Of a DNA stretch of 54,871 nucleotides, positions 8,786 to 18,900 are shown one piece after another; the stretch's first letter is position 1, and each line of letters opens with the position of its first letter. The notes under the pieces are model-generated. The model did no database searches. It was given only the letters and a program-made list of their open reading frames with translations, and was not told the origin of the DNA. The position numbers and the translations under genes are program-made. The stretch lies in NCBI GenBank assembly GCA_049975325.1, contig JBNGDW010000001.1, forward strand, positions 1 to 54,871, written 5' to 3'. Origin of the DNA: Candidatus Cloacimonadia bacterium (GTDB taxonomy: Bacteria; Cloacimonadota; Cloacimonadia; JGIOTU-2; JBNGDW01).

Positions 8786-10583
8786 TTCTGTGAGAATATT
8801 ACTTTGGGGCATAATCTTTTCATGCCTTTTTATACTTTTACTGGGATGTGGTGCAAAAATTACTTCTCCTGATGCTTATAATGTGCCTACTAATCTTGAA
8901 ATAGAAAAGGTAGCAGAAGGAAGAATAAAACTCACCTGGAATTACCTCTCAAATATCGATGACACACTTTATTTTGTGATTGCTAGAAAAATTGGTGAGC
9001 AAAATTGGAATGAAAACTATGGTTCTATTCCTTCTGATAACCCACGAATCTTCTATGATGATATATCGACAACTGATAGCACTATCTACGCCTATAAAAT
9101 ACGCGTTCATAATATAGAAATGGATGAATATTCCTCGTTTTCAGAAGCTGTTGCGTATTTTTCGGAACTTACCACACCAAGTGAGTTGACAATTCAGCAG
9201 GTCTCCCAGAATAAAGTTCGTCTTACCTGGCAAGACCATTGTGTTGGAGAAGAAGGCTATCGTATAGATAAAAAGGTCGAAAATGGTGATTGGATCAATA
9301 AATATAAATTACTTAATGCAAACACAACTTCATTCGAAGACGAAACGACCCTATTCAGCACTCACTCTTATCGGATAACTGCCTATTTGGGGAATTCCAG
9401 CTCAAGCGCAATTATAGATTCTATTCTACCTACACTTATTGCGCCTTCAGAACTTACATTCACAAAACTTGATCCGCGTAAAATTAAGCTGAGTTGGCAG
9501 GACAATAGTGAGGAAGAACAAGGATTCTATATTGATAGAAAAATAGGCGACCAAGAATGGGTTGCACCGTATGATTCGGTAGCAAGCAATACAACCTCAT
9601 GGATAGATGATATAGAATTTCCATGCGGCACCTTTGCCTACAGAGTACGAGCATTTAATAATTCATTCTCTTCTCCGTATAGCAATGTTGTTCAAACAAA
9701 TGTATTTTTAGAAAAAACCAGTTTTATAGCAACTCCAGGCAACGCAGTAGATGTACACCTCAAAGATTGGTATGCCTTTGTAGCCGATTCATATGAGGGT
9801 TTAAACATTATTAATTGGATAAATCCGAATAATCCACTGCAACTTGCCAGTCTGCCTTTACCTGACAGAACGCTTTCTGTATATGTAAAATCTAACTTTG
9901 CCTATGTGCTGAATCATACAGGTGGATTTAATCTACTCGATATAAGCCTGCCTAACAATCCTACAATTATAGGTAGTTGTAGCATTTCACCCGGCGGTGT
10001 GCCTTATGATGTCTGTGGCGATGAAAATTATGCCTATATTGCAAATGGAAATGAAGGTCTGGCGATCATTACTACCACTGGTCCTCCGCATCAGGCTGCT
10101 TCAATTTCTACCCAAGGAGAGGCAAGAGCCGTTACTATTCAAGATAACTATGCATTCATCGCAAATGGACTTAACGGTGGAGTAACAATTATTGAAGTAG
10201 CAGACCCATTAAATCCAGAATTTGTCTCATCCTTACCTATTACTGGATTAGCCAATGATATATATGTTTCGGGAAGCTATTGTTACATTGCGAATGGAGA
10301 AAATGGGATAGCCCTTGTGAATATTGCTGATCCCAATAATCCAGAACTCCTTGCAGAGATCTCTACAAAAGGATTTGCTTGCGGTATCCACCCAAAGGAC
10401 AACTATATATACATTGCAGATAAGGAACGCGGACTTGTTGTGGTGGATGCTTCTGACCTGAGACCTCCTTATGTCCTTGGCTTCGTAGAGCTATCTTCAC
10501 CTCCTAATTCCATATATGTCTCTGGGAGTTATGCTGTTGTAACAGATGATGATGGATTAAACATTATACAGATTATACAATAA
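8733..10583 (+). CDS. Lipoprotein with three FN3-like domains and a LVIVD-repeat beta-propeller
   Basis: Lipobox LLLLGC (a start at 8754, MKKLKIKI.., is equally possible). Three W-containing FN3 repeats (KLTWNY, RLTWQD, KLSWQD). About seven repeats of the type YAYIANG.EGLAII....P..P, typical of LVIVD (PF08309). Confidence 0.75.
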   Translation: MRRQNRQMKKLKIKIENNSVRILLWGIIFSCLFILLLGCGAKITSPDAYNVPTNLEIEKVAEGRIKLTWNYLSNIDDTLYFVIARKIGEQNWNENYGSIPSDNPRIFYDDISTTDSTIYAYKIRVHNIEMDEYSSFSEAVAYFSELTTPSELTIQQVSQNKVRLTWQDHCVGEEGYRIDKKVENGDWINKYKLLNANTTSFEDETTLFSTHSYRITAYLGNSSSSAIIDSILPTLIAPSELTFTKLDPRKIKLSWQDNSEEEQGFYIDRKIGDQEWVAPYDSVASNTTSWIDDIEFPCGTFAYRVRAFNNSFSSPYSNVVQTNVFLEKTSFIATPGNAVDVHLKDWYAFVADSYEGLNIINWINPNNPLQLASLPLPDRTLSVYVKSNFAYVLNHTGGFNLLDISLPNNPTIIGSCSISPGGVPYDVCGDENYAYIANGNEGLAIITTTGPPHQAASISTQGEARAVTIQDNYAFIANGLNGGVTIIEVADPLNPEFVSSLPITGLANDIYVSGSYCYIANGENGIALVNIADPNNPELLAEISTKGFACGIHPKDNYIYIADKERGLVVVDASDLRPPYVLGFVELSSPPNSIYVSGSYAVVTDDDGLNIIQIIQ

Positions 10584-10598
10584 AAAATTAAAAAATAA

Positions 10599-10614
10599 TT
10601 CGCCAGTTGGCGGA
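10599..10614. repeat. GC-rich 16-nt palindromic motif, copy 1 (TTCGCCAGTTGGCGGA), abutting the SD of the 1130 aa adhesin gene
   Basis: Read directly. In the intergenic region between 10583 and 10624. The right arm runs into GGAGGAG-N5-ATG. Confidence 0.8.
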
Positions 10615-10623
10615 GGAGTAAAG

Positions 10624-13600
10624 ATGAAAACTTCAACACTTTGTTTAGTAAGAGGAAAAATGAAGACCCTGATACTTTGTCTTCTTTTGGTTATACTGTT
10701 TTCAATCTCTCTCTATGCAGAGACTCATGTCAGTGGAGAGGTAAGTGGAGAATGGACAAGCGGAGGAAGTCCCTATATTGTAGATGGAGATATCGTAATC
10801 CAGGAAAATGATTCTCTTTATATTGAGCCTTCTGTATCTGTGATATTCTCTGATCATTATATCTTTGATATCTATGGGAGGATAATTGCGGATGGTACTG
10901 AAGATGGAACTATCACATTTGCCTCAGAGGATACTGAAACTGGGTGGGGAGGAGTGCGATTTCATAATACAAATGATAATGGCCAGGAACCTTCCCATCT
11001 TAAGCATTGTATATTGGAATATGGAAAGGCGACCTCTCCTGAACCGGATGGAGGCGCCATTTCTCTTGAAAATTCGAATGTAACCCTTGAATTTCTGACA
11101 TTACAAAATAACTCTGCTACCGGTTACGGTGGAGCACTGTATATTCACAGCTCAACCCCAACTCTCTATCATGTTAGAATAATCAATAACTCAGCAATAT
11201 TTGATGGAGGAGGAATCTTTTGCTTTTCTGCAGAACCAACCCTGGAGAGAGTAACCCTTGCAGGTAATACTACGGAATGGAATGGAGGGGGAATCACATG
11301 CTATAATAACTCTACTCTAAACCTTGTTAATGCGACAATTTCACAGAACACAGCATGGCAAAACGGAAGTGGCATTGCCTGCCTATTCGGCTCTTCTATA
11401 GAAATTCTAAACAGTATCATATGGAACAATGGCTCTGAAGAAATCTATGCTGTATCTACCAGTGAAGTCTCTATTGAATATTCTGATATTATGGGCGGTA
11501 TCAATGGAATCAATGCTGATCAAAGTGCGACTGTTAACTGGCTGGAAGGGAATATAAATATAGACCCTGTTTTTGTGGATCCAAATGTTCATGACTACAA
11601 TCTTCAGGCAACCTCACCCTGTATAGATGCAGGAGATCCAAATCCGATTTATAATGACCCAGATGGCTCCAGAAATGATATGGGCGCATATTACTTTACC
11701 CAAACAGGACTACGAGGTACTGTTAGTTTTGCACCCGGTATAACTGGAAATGTTGAGGATGTACTTATTGCAGCTAAAGTAGATACCACTGTGATTGCTA
11801 CAGTCCACCCATGGGCAACCGGAGACTATTTTATTGGGATTGACCCAGGAACCTATACTATAACTGCCGCATTAGAGGGATACTATCCCAATCCGCCCTC
11901 TTACCCAGACATACAAGTCGAGGAAGGGGAATTAGTCTCAGGACTTGACTTTGAGATGGATATAATCCATCCTGGAAATGTTAAGGGCAGAGTCTCTTTA
12001 GGAGGCGACTCTCTGCATCCTGAAATTCCAGATGTAGAAATTTTTGCTAACGATACAGATTATTCCACACATCCATACCTCGTTGGAGACTCCATAGAAG
12101 GACATTATGAATACGATCTTGAATTACCCCCAGGAACATACGATATAACCGCTCATCTTTCTGGATATTATGATTCAACACACACAGATATCTATGTACT
12201 TCCCAATCAAACCATAACCGATATAGATTTTGATCTGCAGCCTATGACCTATGACGGCTATGTTTCTGGAAAAGTAACTCTAAGAAATGGTGAAGGAAAT
12301 ATGGAAGATGTAATAATAAGCGCCCCTGGTGCCGATCCTGTTCATCCTGATGCCAACGGAAACTATTTACTTACAATTGCAAGTGGAACACATAATATAA
12401 CGGCTTCTCTTGAAGGCTATGCGTCCGTAACCATCCGAAATGTACAAGTGTTGCCTGATCAAACAACAACCGGGATAGATATGATTCTGCTTAATTGGGA
12501 TGTGATAGACGGAACTCAATATTCTATGATAGTTTTTGCTACAGTTTCAGCTGAAGGAGGATTTGCACAAGGAGTGGAAAGTAATCAGTTAGGCGTATTC
12601 GGTACAGAAGATGATTGTCGAGGCGTAGGTCAATGGCAACTTGGCAATCATCCACTCTGGGATACTGACCACTATTATTGGGATCTCCCTGGGTATTGGT
12701 ATATTACAGTGGTAAGCAACAACAATAGCGGCACAGATTCCCTTCAATTTAAATTCTATGATACTAATACAGATTCAATCTATATATGCAATGAAATCAT
12801 GATATTTGAAGATTGTGCCACAAATTCGATAGAACTAACTGCCCCCTCAAACCCACAGACCCAGGAATTTGACTTAACTCAGGATTGGAACTGGATTTCA
12901 TTCTATCTTTCCCCTGAGAATAACCTTATTGACAGCCTTTTTAGCGAATTAACCCCAAATGACATTTATCAAATAAAAAATCAAAACCAGATATCCACCT
13001 ACTTCTCTCCAGGTGGCTGGACGGGTGACCTTGAATACATTTCCCCTGGTGAAGGATATCTGGCTTATATGATAAACCCTGTAAATGATTTTACTATCAC
13101 TGGTTTCCCAATTAATCCTATTATTAACCCAATTGACCTATATCAAAACTGGACATGGATTGGCTATTTATTACCTGACCCCCTACCCCTTACCCTGGCA
13201 CTGGAAAGCGTTGCAGGAAATGCAACTTGTATTAAAACGCAGGCAAATTCAGCAATATATTACTCCGGAGAATGGATTGGAGATTTATCAATGTTAGAGC
13301 CAGGAAAAGGATATAAGATCTTTACGCAAGAAGAAGATAATCTTGTATACCCTCTTATCGATTCTGAAACTACTCGTAGATGGATATCCCGGTCAAATAA
13401 AACTGCTAAGGTTTCCCCGGATTGGCAGATAATTACCGGGACACAAGAAAACCTGATTATCATAGCAAAGATTTGCTTAGATGACAAATCTATCATCGGT
13501 AGCCAGGATTATGCTGTAGGAATATTTGATGAATATGATAATTGCCGTTCTATTGGGTATCCTATTAATGACTTTTGGTATTTCACTGTAGTTGGTAATG

Positions 13601-14016
13601 AGACTGGTGACAAACTTCATTGTAAGTTGTATGATAAACATACGGAAACAGTCCTGGAGAGTGAAAACTTCATAACATTTGAACCAGATATAATTGTGGG
13701 AAAGCCTCAATCCCCTATCAAAATTAATATTGGTGATACTCACTCTAACGCTACTTTCAGACTCAATCCAATATATCCCAATCCTGGTAGAGATTTGGTC
13801 ACTATAAACTATACTATTCCAGCGCAAGGAAATATAGAATTAGCAGTTTACAACATTAAGGGTCAGCGCGTGGAAACACTTGTTAAGTCTACGCAAGACG
13901 AAGCAAGAGAATATACAGTACTCTGGAATACAGAAAGATTCGCTTCCGGAATCTACTTCGTTAAACTAACATGGCAGGGAAACAGTTTAATACGGAAAGT
14001 AGTCCTAATACGATAA
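10624..14016 (+). CDS. Large secreted surface protein: right-handed beta-helix, three CarboxypepD_reg-like domains, uncharacterised repeated modules, and a T9SS C-terminal sorting domain
   Basis: Signal peptide. Parallel beta-helix repeats (NNSATGYGGALY, NNSAIFDGGGIF, GNTTEWNGGGIT). Three repeats of G.V....G......PG.Y.ITA.LEGY. The C-terminus NPIYPNPGRD..INYTIP..LAVYNIKGQRV..SGIYFVKL..KVVLIR is a T9SS type A tail. Confidence 0.8.
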   Translation: MKTSTLCLVRGKMKTLILCLLLVILFSISLYAETHVSGEVSGEWTSGGSPYIVDGDIVIQENDSLYIEPSVSVIFSDHYIFDIYGRIIADGTEDGTITFASEDTETGWGGVRFHNTNDNGQEPSHLKHCILEYGKATSPEPDGGAISLENSNVTLEFLTLQNNSATGYGGALYIHSSTPTLYHVRIINNSAIFDGGGIFCFSAEPTLERVTLAGNTTEWNGGGITCYNNSTLNLVNATISQNTAWQNGSGIACLFGSSIEILNSIIWNNGSEEIYAVSTSEVSIEYSDIMGGINGINADQSATVNWLEGNINIDPVFVDPNVHDYNLQATSPCIDAGDPNPIYNDPDGSRNDMGAYYFTQTGLRGTVSFAPGITGNVEDVLIAAKVDTTVIATVHPWATGDYFIGIDPGTYTITAALEGYYPNPPSYPDIQVEEGELVSGLDFEMDIIHPGNVKGRVSLGGDSLHPEIPDVEIFANDTDYSTHPYLVGDSIEGHYEYDLELPPGTYDITAHLSGYYDSTHTDIYVLPNQTITDIDFDLQPMTYDGYVSGKVTLRNGEGNMEDVIISAPGADPVHPDANGNYLLTIASGTHNITASLEGYASVTIRNVQVLPDQTTTGIDMILLNWDVIDGTQYSMIVFATVSAEGGFAQGVESNQLGVFGTEDDCRGVGQWQLGNHPLWDTDHYYWDLPGYWYITVVSNNNSGTDSLQFKFYDTNTDSIYICNEIMIFEDCATNSIELTAPSNPQTQEFDLTQDWNWISFYLSPENNLIDSLFSELTPNDIYQIKNQNQISTYFSPGGWTGDLEYISPGEGYLAYMINPVNDFTITGFPINPIINPIDLYQNWTWIGYLLPDPLPLTLALESVAGNATCIKTQANSAIYYSGEWIGDLSMLEPGKGYKIFTQEEDNLVYPLIDSETTRRWISRSNKTAKVSPDWQIITGTQENLIIIAKICLDDKSIIGSQDYAVGIFDEYDNCRSIGYPINDFWYFTVVGNETGDKLHCKLYDKHTETVLESENFITFEPDIIVGKPQSPIKINIGDTHSNATFRLNPIYPNPGRDLVTINYTIPAQGNIELAVYNIKGQRVETLVKSTQDEAREYTVLWNTERFASGIYFVKLTWQGNSLIRKVVLIR

Positions 14017-14032
14017 CAAGTTTTGAGGATTT

Positions 14033-14749
14033 ATGCGAAGAAAATATACTTTAATCTTCATAATCTGCCTGCTAACTGCCACATTATCTAATGCTGATCC
14101 TCCAGAATGGGAGCCGATTACAGGAGCGGAATTTTCCATGCTTCTCATTGCACAAATATCTTGTGGAAATGAAATGTTTGGTCCCGAACAAGAGAATATG
14201 GCTGTAGCATTTGGTCCAGGAGGAACAGGGGACTGCCGTGCTATTGCAACCTGGCAGGAAGCCAACCCTCCCTATTTTGATGGATTCTGGCATTTTGTAA
14301 TTGTAGGAAATACAAATGGAGAGCTAATAAACTTCAAAATTTATCATGCAACTTCTGATTCGGTTTATACTTGCACAAACACAATACCTTTTGAAGATAA
14401 CGCAACAATCGGTACTCCATATGCACCTTATGTATTAACTGTAGGGAATATGTCAATCGAAACATCTGAGTCAGAAAATCTTAGAAGATGCACCCTCTAC
14501 CAGAATGTCCCTAATCCATTTTCTGCTCAAACCTCAATAAGCTTTTACCTTCCCACTCCAGATTATATTACTCTGCAAATTTTTAATATTAGGGGCCAGC
14601 TTATAAAGACGATAGAAAAAGATTATAAAGAAAGCGGTATGCACACTGCATACTGGAATGCCAAAGAAATGGTCTCAAATGTTTATATTTATAAACTAAC
14701 TACCAGCACCTCTATCCAAACGAAAAAATGTATCCATCTACAGCAGTGA
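14033..14749 (+). CDS. Small secreted protein: one copy of the uncharacterised module of the upstream giant protein, plus a T9SS C-terminal sorting domain
   Basis: Signal peptide. The module W..ITG......IA...CRAIA.W....FWHFVIVGN..G..INFKIYH is paralogous to two segments of 10624..14016. The C-terminus is LYQNVPNPFS..ISFYLP..LQIFNIRGQLI..VYIYKL. Confidence 0.75.
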   Translation: MRRKYTLIFIICLLTATLSNADPPEWEPITGAEFSMLLIAQISCGNEMFGPEQENMAVAFGPGGTGDCRAIATWQEANPPYFDGFWHFVIVGNTNGELINFKIYHATSDSVYTCTNTIPFEDNATIGTPYAPYVLTVGNMSIETSESENLRRCTLYQNVPNPFSAQTSISFYLPTPDYITLQIFNIRGQLIKTIEKDYKESGMHTAYWNAKEMVSNVYIYKLTTSTSIQTKKCIHLQQ

Positions 14750-14981
14750 ATACTAAAGACAGTTGCCCTATGACTAGGCATACCTAAGAAGAAAGTATTT
14801 CTTGCGCCTTATCAATATATAAAATATTATTTGAGGCTCCATTCTAAATAAGATTTTAAATTTATAAAATAGCCGAAGGCTCAGTTTTACTAAAGTGTAT
14901 TGCATAGAAATATATAAATATTGACAACAATATCTTATACTAACAATTAAAGGTAATGGACTTTAGGCAAAAGAGCTAACT

Positions 14982-15941
14982 ATGAAAAAGTATTTTATAG
15001 AGAACCTGGATGAATATCTGGGTAAGGAAATCACTGATTTCTTCGCGATTAGTGAGAAGTCTTTGCGTACAAGTAAAGCGGGCAAATCATATCTCCGTCT
15101 TACCTGCGTTGATAAATCAGGTGTAATTACAGGCAACATCTGGGAGAATGCTGGAAAAGTGGCAAAAAATTTTACCACTTCTAATATTGCCAAAATACGT
15201 GCCACAGTGGAGTTTTATGAAGGACAGCTCCAGCTTAATATTAGTAATATAAGAAGGGCAAAAGCCGAAGAATATAATCTTACTGATTTTTATCCCACTA
15301 CTGAAAAAGACCTTGACCTTTTCATTACCCAATTATTCGAATTTATTGACTCAGTTAGTAATACCTATCTAAATGACTTATTACATAGTATTTTTGACGA
15401 TAAAGAATTTCTAAAGAAATTTACTTCTGCACCAGCCGCCAAGAACTGGCATCATAATATCTTAGGTGGACTGCTTCATCATACAATAAATGTAACAATA
15501 ATCTGCAACCATGTTTCTGGCCTATACGAGAGCATCAATAGAGATCTTTTGATTACAGCTGCAATCTTGCATGATATCGGAAAGGTGAAAGAATACCATT
15601 GGGACCCTTTTATTGATTTTACTGACCAGGGCAAACTCATTGGTCATATTGTGTTGGGGGATGAGCTGGTTTCAGAAAAATGTAAAAAGATTGATAATTT
15701 TCCCCCAAAACTCATGATTATGCTTAGGCATTTACTTCTTAGCCATCACGGAGAAATGGAAAAAGGCGCGGCAACACTACCAAAAACCAGAGAGGCTTTG
15801 CTCCTCCACTATGCAGATAGCCTGGATGCACATCTGGTAGGAGCCCAAGAACTCATTGAAGATGCAAAGAAACTCGACAAAAAATGGACAGACTTTGATA
15901 ATCTAACAAAAAGAAAATATTATACAGAAGATGAGTCTTAA
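14982..15941 (+). CDS. yhaM: OB-fold plus HD-domain phosphohydrolase, YhaM-like 3'-5' exoribonuclease family
   Basis: N-terminal OB-fold pattern (GKSYLRLTCVDKSGVITGNIWE..). HD motifs HHNILGGLLHH, ILHDIGK and LLSHHG. The length (~319 aa) fits YhaM. Confidence 0.7.
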   Translation: MKKYFIENLDEYLGKEITDFFAISEKSLRTSKAGKSYLRLTCVDKSGVITGNIWENAGKVAKNFTTSNIAKIRATVEFYEGQLQLNISNIRRAKAEEYNLTDFYPTTEKDLDLFITQLFEFIDSVSNTYLNDLLHSIFDDKEFLKKFTSAPAAKNWHHNILGGLLHHTINVTIICNHVSGLYESINRDLLITAAILHDIGKVKEYHWDPFIDFTDQGKLIGHIVLGDELVSEKCKKIDNFPPKLMIMLRHLLLSHHGEMEKGAATLPKTREALLLHYADSLDAHLVGAQELIEDAKKLDKKWTDFDNLTKRKYYTEDES

Positions 15942-15989
15942 AAAAGACATTATATAAAGTAATTTTAACCGGGAGGGAAAGGCACAAAT

Positions 15990-18900
15990 ATGCTTAAGAA
16001 AACAAATATTCTATTTATCGAAGGCTCCAGGCATGATTATATTTTAATAAAACAAACCCTACAACATTCAGATAAAATAAAATGTATTATTCATCAGGTC
16101 TCAGATGGGGAAAAGGCAATAAAACTCCTTAAAACTGATAAATCCTATGATCTTATAATTCTTGATTATGAATTGTCGGGGAAAAACGGCTTGGAAGTAT
16201 TGCAGAAGATAAAAAATACCGATATAGATATACCTGTACTCTTCATTGCTGCATCTGACAACGAACCCGTGGCTAACCAGTCCTTAACACTGGGAGCCCA
16301 AGAATATCTTATGAAAGATCGACTTGGAAAATTTCTCGATGTGCTACCAAATATGATAAAAAAAATGCGGCAAGAGTGGGAAAGCGGTAAGAAATATAAA
16401 TCTGCGATAGAAAATCTACAGAAAAGCGAAGAACGATATCAGATATTTATCCAGAATAGTTCCGAGGGTATCTGGTGTTTCGAGGCAAAAGAACCCATTC
16501 CTATAAACCTTGAGGAAGACGAGATTATTAATCGTATCTACGCCAACGGTATTCTGGTAGAATGCAACGATACTATGGCACAAATGTATGGATTCAAAAA
16601 AAGAGAAGATATAATTGGCACCCCTCTGAAAAATTTCCTTGTCCCTAATAAACAAAATATTGAATACCTCAAAAATTTTATTCGGCACGATTTTGTCCTG
16701 CGAGATGGAGAATCTTGGGAACCCGATAACACAGGAAAGGTTCATATATATCTTAATAATTTAACAGGAATTATCAAAGATGGCTGCCTGTTACAAGCAT
16801 GGGGAACCCAAAGAGATATAACCTCACAAAAACGGGAACAGCAAATAAGAGAAACCCTTTATAACATATCAAAAGCCCTGATTACGAGTGATTCTTTGGA
16901 AGAGCTTTTTAAGGCTATTCACAAGGAGATTAGCAATATTATTGATACTACAAATTTTTACATTACACTTTATGATGAGAAAAGTAATATTATCACTGCT
17001 CCTTACTATTTTTACCAGACAAAAAATACAGTACCTCCTCCCCAGACATTGAGAAATGGCTTAACCGCCTATGTAATTCGTTCAAAAAAGCCTCTTTACC
17101 TAACAGTAGAAAAAAGAGAACAGTTAATGAAAGAGGGTAAAATAGCACAGGCTGACTGGAAAAGCAAAATCTGGCTCGGGGTACCACTCAAAGTAAAAGA
17201 AAAAGTAATAGGTGCAATAGCTGTGCAAAGCTATACAGATGCGAATGCATACACTGAGGATGACTTAAAACTCATGGAAATGGTATCAGACCAGATAGCA
17301 CTGGCTATATCCCATAAACAGCAAGAGGAAGCGACTAAATTGAGCGAAAAATATTATAAAGATACTATCAACTCTATGGTAGACGCCATCCTTGTCGTAG
17401 ATAAAGATCTAAATATTACCCTCGCTAACGCTCCCCTGCTTAATCTATCTAAAGAATTGGGATTACCCACCAATTTAATGGGAAGAAATTTATTTGAAGC
17501 ATTTCCTTTCCTCTCTGAAAAAGTACAAAAAGAGTACAAACAAATCTTTGCGACACCGAAAACTCTCACTGCTGAGAGAACATACCAAATTAATAATCAG
17601 ACATTCATAATGTATATACAAAAAATCCCCTTTCTTCAAAACGAGAAACCAACGGAAGTGATTACTGTCTTGCGAGACCTTACTAAAGAGCGTGAAATAC
17701 AAACAAGGTATCAAAACCAGCTTCGGAATCTTCTTGATATCGGAATGAGTATCCGCAGTGAACTGGGGCTTAATGAACTTACTCAAAAAGTCTGTAATAT
17801 AATCGTACAATCTCTCGGCTGGCGCCAGGTTATACTCTCATTAAGGGACTACGATAAAGGCACATCCAGACCTGTGGCTATGGCTGGCTACGAGAAAGAA
17901 AAAGTGAGAGAAATGCTCAACTCTTCTCCTGTACCTATTGAAAAAACTGAAAGGTTTCTTCGCGATGAATTCAAAATAAGCAAATCATTTTACATCGATC
18001 ATACACACTGGGAGGAGATACAGGGATACCCGGGAGGTTATATAATAACCCCGGTAAAAGAGCAGACACCAGAAGGATGGCATGAACATGATGTATTGCT
18101 TATACCAATATATGGGAAAGAAAAAATCCTGGGCTTTTTATCTCCAGATAATCCGATAAACGGCAAAAAACCATCTGTAGATGACATACAAGCACTTGAA
18201 ATATTTGCAGATCAGGTAGGAGTGGCTCTTGAAAATGCTCAAATCTATGAAAAATTAGAGCACGCCCAAAGACGACTCCAGGATATTTTAGCAAACATCG
18301 AAGAAATGATATGGGAAATAGATAATGAAGGAAGAATCATCTACTCCAGTAGCATTGCTGAAAAAATCCTTGAATATAAACCAGAAGAGATTATAGGAAA
18401 ATCCTTTTACGAAATTCTTTCTCCAGACAATGGGAAAAGGTTAAAAAAATTGTATAGCCGTATTAAAAGAACAAAACGCTCCTTTAAAGATATTGTCATA
18501 CAAGCCAAAACCAAAAATGGCAAAGAGATTATTTGTTCATTAAGTGGCATCCCTACTATAGACAAGAGAGAAAACCTTACCGGTTATATGGGTAGCGCAC
18601 GGGACATTACTTTAGAAAAAATTGCACAGGATAAATTAAAAGCAAGTGAAGAAAAATACAAAACGCTCATAACAAATGCAGTAGATGGTGTTTATATGCA
18701 TGACTTAGATGGCAATTTTACCCTTGTTAATCCAGCGGTATGTAAAATATTGAGATATTCTGCTAAGGAACTTTTGCATATGAATATCTCTGATATACTT
18801 ACTCCAGAGGGGCTGAGGCTGGCAAAAGAAAAAACAGAATACAAAATAATAACACAGAAACCCACCTCTCCCTATGAACTTTCCATCATCAATAAAGAAG

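Noticed and set aside
14750-14981. A small RNA or terminator in the 232 nt spacer after the pilus/adhesin operon (hairpins AAGAAA-gta-TTTCTT and AGCC-gaa-GGCT followed by CAGTTTT).
   Set aside because: The stems are only 4-6 bp and mostly A-T, so they are indistinguishable from chance in AT-rich DNA. At best this is a weak terminator, and I cannot support it as a feature.
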